DNA from: Rhizodiscina lignyota
Taxonomy: Eukaryota
DNA length: 64,000 nucleotides
Reading direction: 5' to 3'
Assembly (NCBI GenBank): GCA_010015805.1
Contig: ML978125.1
Coordinates: 1,488,001-1,552,000 of the forward strand
The translations under genes and the position numbers were made by a program. Shown here one piece after another: positions 1 to 12,527 of this stretch (position 1 is its first letter; every line of letters starts with the position of its first letter). The notes beneath the pieces were generated by a model. It was not told the origin of the DNA, did no database searches, and worked only from the letters and a program-made list of their open reading frames with translations.

Positions 1-738
1 CAGCCAGTTTGATGTAGGTGAACTGGAGGATTTGATTTGAGGAGAGCTGTTCAAGCAGAGCCTCGCGCTAATCGTTGATCTCTAAAGGCTTCGGTTTTCA
101 TGGTAACCGCTTTGGCACATCGCTCAGATCGGTTTTCTCGGACAATTGAAAAATGCCTGTACACGGCGCTTGGCTCCGACAATTCCTCAACGGTTCAAGC
201 CCTCCTTTTGGCTTACGGCATCGACGTGTCCAATACATCCAATGATCCAGAAGCCATCAAACCAGTCCTGGAGTTCGGCCACGACATCTGCTTCTACCAT
301 GCGGCAAAGGCATTTGCCAAGGTGTGGAGCGCATCTTCCGACAGCAAAGCGTTTCTGTATCATTTCAATGCCCCAAATCCATGGGACGGTGTTTGGAAAG
401 GTCATGCAGGCCATGTCCTTGATATAGCGTTCTTGTTCCAGAATTATAACGTCTATCTGTCACCTGGCCAGCTGGCGTGCGCTCAGCGCGTGGCCAATGA
501 TTTCATAACGTTTATCAATGGCCATGAGCCGTGGAAGGAGTATGAAGAGAAGGCAAATGCTGGCGCCATGGTGTATAACGCCGCTCCTGGTAGCCAAGAG
601 GATGAATCTGGGTACGTACGGGAGGAGGAAGGAGCTAGAATAGCTCGGCGAGATATCCTCCAGTCCTTCGAAAACGACCCGGGGCTGGACAAGTTGATGG
701 ATGCTTGGACTATATTCTTGTCTGGAGCAGTACAATAG
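1..738 (+). CDS. Type-B carboxylesterase/lipase family protein, 3' part (5' end lies outside the window)
   Basis: Intron 14..87 (GTAGGT..GCTAAT..AAAG) joins SQFD to ASVFMVTAL in frame. C-terminal motifs typical of fungal carboxylesterases: DICFY, AFLYHFNAPNPW, AGHVLDIAFLF (candidate catalytic His), FITFING.EPW. Confidence 0.75.
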
Positions 739-826
739 ACTGCTCAGATCACTAGGTTTCGGCGTCTAATTTCTGCGCTAGTGTCTACTGTGCCGCATGT
801 GCTGGCGACATTTCTCGCTGTGGGTC

Positions 827-3698
827 TTACGCTGCCGGACTTAGAGCGTCTTGCCAGTGAGAGTTGTAAAATTTGGCGAACTCGCGCAGAACCCAGGCCA
901 TGCGAGGTGTCACTATGGAATTGAGTGAGCCCAACAGAAAGATCATAGATGGGAGAAGGGTTATGCATACCGCCCCAGACCCAGGTATCATCAAGAAAGC
1001 TAGCCCAGACCCGAGCGACAGCAGCAGCAAGCGGCGAGTTGGCCTCGGGTTCGATATCACTTTCGGAATGCATGAAATTATAGATTTTACGCAACGCTTG
1101 ATCTTCGTCCGGATGCAACACGGTATTCTGGCGTTGCAAGCACTCGGTTGAATATACCCAACGGGTGAAAAAGAGGCCTGGAAGATTGTCAACCGAAGTT
1201 TACTTGTAGAAGTCATGTTCCAAACATACCGGTGTCCCACCAAGCAATGGCATGCTCGATGCTCCACGTAAGAGCTGCTGTTTTCCTGACCAAGTTTGCA
1301 CCTGCTCGCATTGGGAGCATCATTGCCAAAAATGCTCTCGTGACCGCCTCCGTTACTCGTGGGCCGCGCTGCTGCTCGCTGAGTACATAGGCACGTATCT
1401 CAGTGCATACAGTTGTTGGATCGCAACTCAGAAGGACTCTGCGATTGAACGACTTCTGACCATCTGTGTATTCCCTCATGAATGCGATCCTCAGCACTGC
1501 GAGACAGTTGAAAAGTAGAGGATCTTGCCACGGGTCACTTTCGGTTTTGCCTTGGTTGAAAGCCCTTTGACATTTGTTGAGCGCTTTGTTCATGTCCGTC
1601 CAGAATGTCGTTCGCATCGATTCCTGTCTGTTTAGAGGAAGAACCCTGAGCGACTCCGCTGCCAGAGCAATGTGCAGTATATGCACGTTCAGGGCATGCA
1701 TTGCTACTATCACAGCAAACAATGATGAATACCATCTCTCTCGCATGTTTTCTGCCCCAGCGTCTTCATTCATAATGTGAGCAAGCAGTTGCTCAACATT
1801 CATGGTGGGGTTGATGGACCGAGCATCAACCTCGTAATGCCACTGCGCCGAAGTCAGGCATCTCCAGAGGCGATCATCCCCTGGCATATCCATAGCGGCT
1901 TCTTCATAGTAATATCCAGGCAGAGAACCGTACGTGACAGCAGAAAGGCTGTCAACGATAAGTATGGCGCACATTGTCCTGAACAATTCGTTAGATTTGA
2001 ACAGAAAAGGTAGGGAATGTTTGGAACTTGCAGAGCACTTGCCTCTTTGTTGATTCTGCTTCAATCCAAGATTGCCAACATGGCCACCTGTCTGCTTGTT
2101 TGTTTCTCTCCAGCAGCGGAGCACGCCTACGGAATTCCTAAATTGGTCAGAATGCGGGCACAAGTCATATCTCATGAGTGTAGGTCATACCTGGGCAAGT
2201 GCCATTTGATCGTTCAAAGCTTCCTGGACCAGTCCACCATCCCAGGCGAAGAGTGCAAAGACATTCAGAAGAAGTCTACATTGTACTGCCCATATGGGTC
2301 TCTCTAGATCTTGTGCAGCCTCGAATGGTTGTCGGGGAGACGCAAAAACGTTAGAAAGGCGCCGGAGTCGAGGCTTCGCATGCATCTCCGACGAAGATAT
2401 CAAGTCTTCCGCTAGAGAATAGAAATCGCCCGCGACCTTTCGCTCAAGTCGATAAAGTGATCCAATTGCACACATTGCAAGAATCAGTGGACTTGGTGAA
2501 CCTTGCAAAACGAGTGTAGGAATATGTATGAACGGCAAGTGTGGATCGAAGCAGTCGATATATGTTCGAATGCAAGCTTGGATAATTGACGCGCGGGGAA
2601 CTGCGATATTGCCGGCGAAGGTCGCCATAGACCGGGCCCTGATGTCACGCAACAGATCCTGACGCATGTCTTCGGAAAAGGAGAATTTCGAAGGCTTCTC
2701 GGCTGCTTGTTCAAGCTTCGTATGATCTAAGGGCGCCCGAATGTTCCCATTGCTAGCTGCCAGGCTCTGCGTTGCGCCCGTTATTGCTGGAGGCGTGTTG
2801 AGAATCGCATCGTCTTGATATGTAGCAGAATTTCCCGAGTCAGAGAAGGGATGGTCGAGGTGCAACAGAGGAGCAAGGTTGATGTCCGGCTGCAGAAGAG
2901 CGTTTGCAGCCATGTCATCGAAACTGACCATTGCATTCAGCTCGAAATCTGTAAACGGAGAAAACATATTCGAATTCGATTGGACAGCGTTTGATATCAC
3001 AGAGTCTCTCGTACTAGACTCCGCTGCACTGCCCACGGCGGGTTGGTCAGGGGACAACTCCGTTATGGTAGTAATGCAGGTTTCACCTAATCCATGGCCA
3101 TTTGGGCGAATGCTGCTCGCAGAAGTATCTGAGTAGGGTAATCGCGTCACGTTGTCTATGCCTTGGGGAGTCGAGATTTCGACAATTCCGGCTACTGGAG
3201 CGCCAGCTTGGTGTCCATTTGGCCGACCTTGGCCAGGGCTGTGAAAGTGTGGGCTAATCGGCGGAGATTCTGTCCAGTGTAAGCTGTTACTATCTCGGTC
3301 TTTATGAGTAACTGCTAACCGCGTTGCACTCCCGGATTTGGTTGAAGACGACCTTCCGCTATGTCCCTGGCCTGTTGTTCGGCGTGGATCGTTCTCTCAT
3401 GTCGGACAACAAGATCACTTTAATATCCCGGTCAAACAGAGCCAGAGGAGTCCTGTAGTACACTTACGTCCTTGCATATCTGTGCTTGCAATATCTACAA
3501 CTGTAAGGCTTCTCTCGACTGTCTACAGAGCATCTTCGTTAGTACATAAGCTGGTGTACGGATATCAATGAGCTTTGACTGACGAGAGCGCTCATGACGG
3601 ATGCAGTGTTCGCTTCTTTTGAATTTCTTAAGACAAAATTTACAAGAGTACGGGGTCTTAGGCTTGGAACCCGGGGCTTCGATCGCCACCGTAGCCAT
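827..3698 (-). CDS. C2H2 zinc-finger transcription factor with fungal-specific TF domain (AmdX/Adr1-like architecture), multi-exon
   Basis: Spliced fingers read CKFC..KRSEHCIRHERSH-SREKPYSCRYCKHRYARTDLVVRHERTIH. Middle domain has YIDCFDPHLPFIHIPT, LILAMCAIGSLY and WIEAESTKRTMCAI. C-terminus has WSIEHAIA and DDTWVWGVTPRM, stop at 827. All introns keep the frame. Confidence 0.88.
1979..2042 (-). other. GC-AG intron in the C2H2 TF gene
   Basis: AAGAG|GCAAGT donor, CTAAC branch point and TTCAG acceptor. Removing it gives WIEAESTKR-TMCAILIVDSL in frame. Confidence 0.8.
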
Positions 3699-4618
3699 AG
3701 TTGAAATGACGGTCAATGTGGAGAGTCCAAGCTCATGAGTAACGGGTTCACTTCAAGGTCCAGCGAAGATGTCATGATGGACTCTCGCTACAGAAGCAGA
3801 ATCTGCTTTCGGGCGAGCGAAGGGAGTGGGCCAAAGCATTGCCCGTGACTGGTCATAGTGCCAGGCCATGGGGCCATGGTAACGAGCTGCACGAGGTACC
3901 AGGAGGAACTCTTCGGAGTCCATCCGTTCCCTCCTCTCGTCCCTCTAAAGCCGGCACACTCCCTGCATCGATCGTTCTGGGGACGCGGGGTAGAGGGATG
4001 TACAGGCTGTTGCGGTTGGAGAACTGGAGGTGGAGGTCAAGGGGTGCCACGGGATTCTCCGCATCGGCAGTTGAACTGCGCGCCGAAGAACAGGAGACAC
4101 CTGGAAGACTTTATTCGGCACTAAAATTGGAGAGAATTGTATACACACTACTGTTCGTAAATCTCCGTTGACACGAGCTAACATCTCTCATATGAATTGC
4201 CGATGGACGGTCTATGGCACAGCTAGATGGCTTCGGATATCGCAACACCACGGGCGCTGCTAACGGGCTCGATAGGACCTTGATACATGAGTCTGTCCAC
4301 GGAATGAAAGATGCGGCGAGTCGCTATGGGCGTCTGGTTCTTTTGTCCTCTGAGAACCCTTTGCCCCCAGTGCTGTGTACCCCACATCCCCGCCTTTGCG
4401 ACTTTTCCTATTATCTGAAGACGCGGCACATGATTCTAAGAGCAGTTCCATATTTCTGTCGAGCTTCTTTTATTGGTCCTCAATATCTTCTTTATTTTTC
4501 TTTGATGTGTAAACTGTCAGACTCTCATCAGCTCGGGGCGTCCAGTGGATACACTTCACATACTTTCAAGTTCTGCATGAAAGAAATTAACTCCGTTTAA
4601 TTAGACCGTTCTGATTCG

Positions 4619-5479
4619 ATGCTTCCTCGCATCATATATCATCCGAACGGCCAAACTACACATTGTTTAGATGATGACTTCACCGATCCGTGGAAAGCCA
4701 GCGAGATCATAGTCATCCAACACGGCTTTGGCAGGCACGCCGGATTTTGGTACCATTGGGTTCCAGCGCTTTCCCGTCAATATCGCGTCATCAGACGTGA
4801 TACACGTGGTCATGGACGCTCGTCTTTCCCCAAAACCTATACGACGAACGACAGAGGCGCAGGAGCAGAAAGCTATCAGTACACGCTGGACACTATCCTT
4901 GGTGAAATCATCGATACATTGGATCAGCTTGGGCTGGAGAGAGTCCATTTTCTCGGCGAATCTACAAGCGGCATGCTCGGTATTGCACTTGCTGCAAAGT
5001 ACCCTGAACGTCTTCATTCGCTTACGATCTGCTCTTCACCGACCTTTCTCCCATCGGCTGTTTTAAAGCTCTTTGCTTTTGGTCATTCCAGCTGGCCGGA
5101 TGCTTGTCGAGTCCTCGGGTCTCGCGGTTGGGCTAACGAACTGTCTAAGATACCTGGAACTGCTCCTGTCCATGACCCCGCGTACATGGCATGGTGGACG
5201 GATCAAGTCGCTGTGTCTGATGGAGAAGGGTTGGCCGGATATGCCGAGTTCCTCTCATCTTTAGATGCTAGACCATTCCTCGATAATGTCCAGGTGCCAA
5301 CGCTGATTCTGGCTCCTGCAAACAGTGCAGCGACAAAGGTTGAGGAACAGAAAGCAGTGTCGGGGAGGATCCATGGTTCGAAGCTAGTTATCGTAGACGC
5401 CCCCGGTCACGAAATATACGTGGAGCAGGCTGAATTATGCCAAAAGGAATTGTTACAATTCCTAAGCGGCCTGAAATAA
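4619..5479 (+). CDS. Intronless alpha/beta-hydrolase (enol-lactonase/epoxide-hydrolase-like fold)
   Basis: Single 286 aa ORF with oxyanion motif QHGFG, RRDTRGHGRS, nucleophile elbow GESTSG and C-terminal DAPGHEI (His). Confidence 0.85.
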   Translation: MLPRIIYHPNGQTTHCLDDDFTDPWKASEIIVIQHGFGRHAGFWYHWVPALSRQYRVIRRDTRGHGRSSFPKTYTTNDRGAGAESYQYTLDTILGEIIDTLDQLGLERVHFLGESTSGMLGIALAAKYPERLHSLTICSSPTFLPSAVLKLFAFGHSSWPDACRVLGSRGWANELSKIPGTAPVHDPAYMAWWTDQVAVSDGEGLAGYAEFLSSLDARPFLDNVQVPTLILAPANSAATKVEEQKAVSGRIHGSKLVIVDAPGHEIYVEQAELCQKELLQFLSGLK

Positions 5480-6145
5480 GAGAAGAGAACGGCCGTGTAT
5501 CGAGAAGTTATTACGGACAATTATAGATATCCAGTTAGAAGACGTCGATAAATTCATCACGTGAACTCCTCGAAATGCTCATCCCACTTCCGCAAGACAC
5601 AATCCAGCATCCTAGTTCAATTGCACGGAACGAAGAACGAAAACGTACATCGTGAGACTGAGAGCCGCACCACATTTACAACTACCCACCTCATGGGTCA
5701 TGTTTCCGGTTTCAAGTTGGGGAATGCCTGACGCCAAACGCATGTTTCATCTGGGCTCCCAGACTATGCATGCGGCTCTCCGTCAAAGCATTTGCTTTAG
5801 CTGCATGGGGCGGCAAAGTGCAAAAATTGAAGATCCGAGCGGGAGGATTGGAGCTCGGTTAGGTTCGTCAGAAGTACAGCTCCGGCTCGGAGTCAATGTG
5901 GAACCACGGCAAAGCAAGAGACGATGCTGGTATACTTGGTAGAACATATGGGATTTGTGAATATTGTAAGGACGGACACTAGGAGCTAGGAGCCTATCTG
6001 AAATAGCTCAATCTTAGTCTATATCGCATTTGTCTCATGTGAATTCATATATGTGACTATATCCATGGCAGGACTCCTGACCCTGAAGTGTCCCGAGCTG
6101 CCAAGTGCCTGATGTCCACTTCATCTAGCGCATTCTATCCTTCTT

Positions 6146-8576
6146 TCACGCCCGATACCTCACTGACCTTTTTACTGGTGCTGGCGCAAGGGGCGAGATT
6201 GCCGCAAGTGCACTAGACGGGCTCGCGGCAGGTACTGCCGCAGCAGCAGAAGGTGAAGCGACACTAGCACTCGCAGCGGAGCCGGCAGGTGGCGCGGCTG
6301 GAGCAGCAGCAGCCGGAGCCGGAGCTGCAAGGCCTCCAGTTAAGCCAGTTGACGCCGTCGAACCAGCTTGTGCACTGGATAGACCATCAACACTAGTGAG
6401 CATCTGCCCGATGAGAAGAGCGCCGCCTTGCTGTTGGATTTGTGCCATTGCTTGGATCTGTGCCATGGATAGGACAATGCCTTGGCCTCCCTGCTGAGCT
6501 GTGGGGGAGAGGAGTGTAGCAGCTTGTCGTTTCTTGAAGCTTCCACTCAGAGCTGCTGCCGCCGCTGCCGCTGCAGGATCTGCGGGAGTAACAGCATCCT
6601 GTGATGGAGCTGCTGAGCTCGCGGAAGGTTCAGCAACAGATGCGGAAGAGGAAGATGTGTCTGCGGCAGCCGACGATGCTGAGGCGGCATCTGTGGAGGA
6701 CGATGGTGCTGAAGAAGCAGCTTCAGCAGCTACAGAGGATGATGCGATCGGTGAGGCTTGGGTAGCAGCCGAAGATGATGTAGCCGCTGCTGCGCTTAGA
6801 GCGGCTGAGGAAGATGCCAGGGGAGCGGCACTAGCTGCAGGTTGTGGTGCCGCGCCAGGTTGAGGCTGAGCTTGGCTTTGTCCACTCTGCATCTGGACGG
6901 TAATGATGTACTCTCCATCGAGCTGGCTGACTGGGACTGCGATACGCATATTCAGTGGGTCAAAGAGGGCGTTATTTGCGATCGGTGTGAATGTCGGCGA
7001 GAGCAAGAGTTGAGTAGCAGCGGGATTTGCAGCGACACCTGAGGTAGTCGTCGAAGAAGTGGTGGAAGAAGTAGACGAAGTGGAGGAAGACGATGAGGTG
7101 GACTCGGAAGACGAGGAGGAAGTAGAAGATGAGGCGGACTCAGAAGACGAGGAGGAAGAAGCTGAGGTTGAAGAGACGCTGCTCGAAGAGCCTGTTTCTG
7201 GCTGTTAGCTATGTACGATGATAAGTGCTGGGTGAAGTGGTTGGAGAGTTTGGGTTGATGGATATGGTAGAGGATCGAGAAGTAGACATGCTGTTGGAGG
7301 TTGCAGTGCTTTGTGTGATAGAACTGGATGAGGTAGTACTTGGAGTGGTGGAGTTCGTACTAGATGAATTTTGACGTCTCATCCGGCGCTTGTTTGTTGC
7401 ACCAGTTGCGCCCTGTGGAAGACTGACACTCGCCAATGTGCCCGTAGCTCCGCCGGGATTGGCCTGAATAGGCCTCTGAGCAATCGCAAGGACCATGTTA
7501 GATGATGCCGTTGCACCCAATTGCTGGGCAATGCTTTGGAGTCTGACGGCATTTACTATATACTGTAAGTTTCTGTCGGAACTCTATACCATTCCAGATT
7601 TGGAGGGAGCCTTACGCGGTATTTGGACCACTGCGGCCAGATTGTTCAAAGTGGGCACAACACCACCCAAGTTTGTTGTGACAAGATAGCGGAAGTTGTC
7701 TATGAGATAGGTTAGTAGATTACAAACAATCAATTTGAGAAGCAGGATATACGTACTGACGCTCATAGTGCCAGGGCCCAATGCAGCCAACATGGTCGTG
7801 GCAATGCCGTTCTTCGGTACGGTGGTCATCTGCATGGGCTGCGAAGCCCTGATAGACATGCGGAAGCCGTCCGTAAATTCGACCTCCTGGATTCCAGAGC
7901 CGGGAATTGGAACGACAGCATTACCGGAAGTGCCGAACGGCACGAGAAAATCGTCAACCTCTGTGGTCACTCGGCCTAGGATTTGGTATTCGCCGTCTAT
8001 CATAGTCATCTTGACCATGCGCGTAGTCATGTCCGTACTGTACGTATATTAACCCTATGCTTCAAATATATAGTTCAACACGTACGAGTTGATTGACCGA
8101 AGTGACTCTTGGATCTGCCATGACTGCCGGTCTACCGAGAGCTTTGCAACAAAGGTGTTGTCAGGGTTTATTCCCATTTGCTGAATTGTTTGCATGTTCA
8201 TTGGTAGCTCTATTTGAGCGCCGACCAGATCAGTGGCACCATTGGTCTGGACTACTACCGAGTTCTGCTGTAAGGCCATGAATGGCTGGCCAGTTGATCC
8301 TGTCACCATATTGGCGCTCAAAGGATTGGGATTCTGGTTCACTATGACCTGGCGCTGTGTCTGAGAGAAGGTCTCCAGCTTTGTTCCGTCCGGGAACTGG
8401 AAAGAGTTCAAGGTCATCTATACTACTGTCATCCTTTGTGTCCTTCAATATGATGCCTATGCAGAAATACTCACGTCGCCATTGACGTTGAGGACTTGAT
8501 TAAATTGAACCGATTGAGACTGGGCGTATGCACCGCAGCCCATCAAAATCGTGAAAAGAAACGATCGAGACGCCAT
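6146..8576 (-). CDS. Uncharacterised secreted protein with Ser/Ala-rich tracts and dibasic (Kex2-like) sites, multi-exon
   Basis: ATG 8576 MASRSFLFTILMGCGAYAQ looks like a signal peptide and is followed by a GTGAGT donor. ORFs 8055-8417, 7584-8030, 7209-7520 and 6146-7006 are separated by short intron-like segments; not every junction was frame-checked. Confidence 0.7.
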
Positions 8577-9493
8577 AGTGATTGAATAGAAGCCGCCGGG
8601 GCCGATGAAAAATAATAATTAATACAAATTCAATGAATAGAACCGTTGACCTCCCAGCGGCCAAACTGAAGATGACGAAAAAAACTCAGAGTGAGGAGGA
8701 GTTTTAGAGGTTCATATTGCAAGCAACACTAGCAGAACTTGACCACGTAAACGTAAGAGTTCACAGGTACCATTCCGAATTCATTCTACCAAGCCGGTAG
8801 TTCACCTACCTGTCGATCACTTCGAGCCCCAATACGCGGCGGATGAGGGTTATCCGATGTCTGGAGGAAGCTTGCCAGAGGTTAGATGCCCAGCGATGAC
8901 TAGAATTGGCCTGATGGTTGTCGCGGACAAGCTTCCAAAACGCAAGTCGGCGAGAGGGATCAATGCCACTACGCTATAGTAGGCGAGTGAGGTTGTGTGG
9001 AGACGTTTAGGGCGTTTGAGGCTCCGTTCCAGGAAAGTTCTTGGCTTCAAGCGGAGCCGCTATCGGAGGGAAACAAGCGCATATTCCCCGCGCGAAGGCC
9101 ATACGATACATGAAAAGCTTCAGTTCTCGAATTCGTCCCCCGATTCGAGGGCAAGACACTACCAAACTCAGGGCTAATGCTTAGCGAGTTCCTCCAGAAG
9201 TCGAGATGGATTCCACTCGCCGAAATCGCACGTTAGGACGTCTCCCGTTGTTTGACCCTGCTAGCGCCCTAAGCCAATCTAGTGCTAGCTCTACCACGTT
9301 CTCTTGGCGCACGCTGTTTGATCTCCAATCGGCTCCCTTCCGCGTTTTCCTCACAACATCACCAACCAACCCTCGATGGCCGGTGAGACAGCTTTTGCTT
9401 CGACCTGGTATTCGCGCAGGCTCCCGATCTTCAGAGCTTCCAGAACCTCTTCTCCACATACCGCCGCGGGCTCTCGAGATTTCTCTCGAGTGC

Positions 9494-10708
9494 ATGCCTC
9501 TCGTTGACTATCCAAGTTCTGAGAGCGAAAATGACCAAGACGATCGTCAAGTCCAGGTGGCCTCCATAGCGAGTCAGCCTCAGCCAGAAGCACAACAGAA
9601 ACGAAAGCTCAGTGACAGCGACAAGAAAGGCGGCCCCCGTAAGAAGGTTGGCGTCCGTTTCAAAATTCCATCGGTCGCCCAAGCGGACTCTTCTGCAAGT
9701 ACACCAGTTACAGATACAGGCATTCTAGCTCCAGCCACAACAGCCACAAGTAGCGATGCTACAACCCTGTCAACGTCTCTGGTAACATACGCCAATCCAA
9801 ATAATGAAGACGAACAATGGACGCGCCCACCTTCGCCAAAACCGATTCGCAATGTGCCGCATCGAGAGGGCTTTTTTGCCACCCACTTGTCCATCGTCTG
9901 TAAGTTTCGGTAATTCCCTGTATTCGAGTACAGTTTAACTAATAAACTCCAACAGGGGACCCTAAACGAGAGGAACATCTCGCACTAATGAACGTCCTAA
10001 AGCAGCTCCAAATTGCTGCATCAGAAATGAGGGATTCCAAGGGTGAAAAGGTATGAGTTTTGCGACTACTCTTGAAGATATACTAACTCAAATCTTGAGA
10101 TCAACCTCACTCTCTATTACAATCTTCTTGAAAGCGGGCTGGGCGCTCCCCAGACCCTGCACATCTCTCTATCGCAGACTCTCTACCTGAGGAAGCACGA
10201 GCTCGAGAGGTGTCAGAAGGGCTTTGAAACGGCCATCAAAGAGATTGGGGTGCGGCCGTTCGAGGTCTCCTTGGGGGGCCTGGAATGGGTGTGGAACCAT
10301 CAGCACAATCGCTGTTTCTTGGTGTTGGGCGTGAATCGACCAGTAAGAGATGGTCTGAACCATCTTCTCAGCGCGTGCAACAAAGTATGCCGCGCAATTG
10401 ACCAACCAGAGCTGTACGCGCGTGCTGGCAGCGACGAGGATATGGTTCAGGGATGCCCTGGGGGCTTCCACATCAGCATTGGCTGGAATCTCGAGGGTCC
10501 GCCCAAGGAGTTCCAGCTGCTGATGGAGGCCCCTAGGATCAAGAAGGTGCTGGAGGATTTGAAGAGCATCACCTTCAAGGTGGATACAGTGAGCCTAAAG
10601 ATCGGTAATAGGTCTTCTGCAATTCCCTTGGGAGTTGGGAACAGGCATAGGTTAGGTAGCCTAGACTACGCTGTGCACCAACAGAAGCTTAGACAAGCAA
10701 ATAAATAG
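9494..10708 (+). CDS. USB1: U6 snRNA phosphodiesterase Usb1/Mpn1 (2H phosphodiesterase)
   Basis: N-terminus MPLVDYPSSESE, then IRNVPHREGFFATH. Two HxS motifs (LHISLS and FHISIGW). Introns 9900..9955 and 10051..10099. Confidence 0.88.
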
Positions 10709-11142
10709 CTTGCTGCTGATCCGCAGCGTAATCTAGCGCTACCTACACAAAATGCACATAACGTATGAATAGATGATTCGGCGTCTCCCAGACTAGCTCA
10801 ATTACTCGTCCACCTCAGTGATCGTCGAGTGAGCTTGGCTGGATTGAAGCTGTTTGAATAAGTTTGTGCACCTCGACGATGGGCTATTTCTTTTTGGACT
10901 ACGTCACAATTAACTGTGTGATCGAAAATGGAGCCTTCTCATTGGCGCTTTTAACTTAGAACGAAGAAATGCTATATGCGGAGGTCCAAGTCTGACTTTC
11001 AATGGAAGTAAGCGCACGGGCCGTTTCCGTACCCACGTCATCATTGGACAGCTTCAAGCACCCACCAACATCTTCAACCTCGCCTCTCTCGTGAACTCAC
11101 GACCCAATCTCCGCACATCCTCTTTACAGCACATCTATTCCA

Positions 11143-12527
11143 ATGGACCACGAAGATCTCAGCGAAGGTCGGTTAGAATGCACCGTCGGCGATCCGCGAA
11201 AAGAGAATGATGGCACCAAAAATGCCTACATTTCCTACCTAGTTACCACCAATGTATGCCTAGCCTCTCCTCCCATCCATCCTAATTCCACACTCAAGAT
11301 GCAGACGCTTATTAGAGGTCTCCCATTCACTCGAGCGCAATCTATTCTCATCTCACACAAAAGCTGCAAGCAAGATGCTAACAGAAACAGACCGACTTTC
11401 AAACCTTCCAATCGCCCAATGTCTCCGTCCGCCGCCGCTTCACCGACTTCGTCTTCCTCTACAAGACCCTCGTGCGCGAATACCAGCACCTCGCCGTGCC
11501 TCCGCTGCCGGACAAGCACAACATGGAGTATGTGCGCGGCGACCGCTTCGGTGCCGACTTCACGCGCCGCCGCGCCTCGTCCTTGTCGCGCTTCCTGAAG
11601 CGCCTGGCCCAGCACCCGCAGCTGCGCAGGGCGGCGATCCTGCTGACGTTTCTGGAGAGCTCCGACTGGAATGCGACAATGAAGGCGCGGCCGAACCGGG
11701 GCGCGAGCGTGACGAGCGAGAGCGGAGGCGCGGGGGTGTTTGAGAGCTTTACGGACAGCTTTCTTAATGCGTTTAGTAAGGTGCACAAGGCGGATAAGCG
11801 GTTCATTGAGGTGCGCGAGCGGGCGGATAAGCTCGATGACGACCTGAACAATGTGGAGAAGGTGGTTGCGAGAGTTGCGCGGAGACAAGGCGACCTCGAA
11901 ACGGACTACTCCGATCTCGCGACGCAATTCCAGAAGCTGGTGAACCTCGAGCCAGGCGTGGAGGGAGAGCTCACGAGCTTCGCGGCCAGCGTGGAGACGA
12001 ATGCGCAGGACTGGAAGAAGCTGAGGGAGCACACAGATCAGGACTACTTGAGCAGCCTGCGGGACATGGAGTCGTATGTCATTACTGTAAAGGCGCTTCT
12101 CAAGGCCAGGGATCAGAAGCAGATCGACTTTGAAGAGCTGACGAGCTACCTCCAACGGGCTGTGTCCGATCGCGATCAGCTGGCGAACCAGCACGGCTCA
12201 TCGGGGCTTGGTGCATCTGGATTCCTGCGCTCGAAGATCGAAGATGTGAGGGGCGTGGATCACGAGCAGTCACGTCGCGAAAGAGTCAGGAAGCTGGATC
12301 TGCAAATTGAGAGGCTGACGAAGGAGGTCGACGACGCAAAGAGTGTCAGCGAGCTGTTCGATGAGAACGTGGTGAGGGAGACGCAGGAGTTTGAGCGGAT
12401 CAAGGCGATTGAGTTTAGGGATACGTTGGGCGGCTTTGCGGATGCGAACATCGATTTCTTCAAGGGCACGATTGAGACATGGGAGAAATTCCTTGAGGGG
12501 ATGAAGACGGAGGAAGTGGCTTCATGA
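11143..12527 (+). CDS. SNX4: Sorting nexin-4 (PX-BAR)
   Basis: KENDGTKNAYISYLVTT, intron approx. 11254..11390, then VRRRFTDFVFLY and VPPLPDKH (PX domain), followed by a helical BAR region. Confidence 0.92.

Noticed and set aside
9206..9493. In-frame upstream extension of the USB1 ORF
   Set aside because: The family-typical start is MPLVDY at 9494; the extension has no recognisable content.
11235..12194. Long antisense ORFs opposite real genes (e.g. 11235-12194, 39948-40718, 57771-58580, 58588-59199)
   Set aside because: Shadow ORFs produced by strong GC3 codon bias of the sense genes; no motifs of their own.
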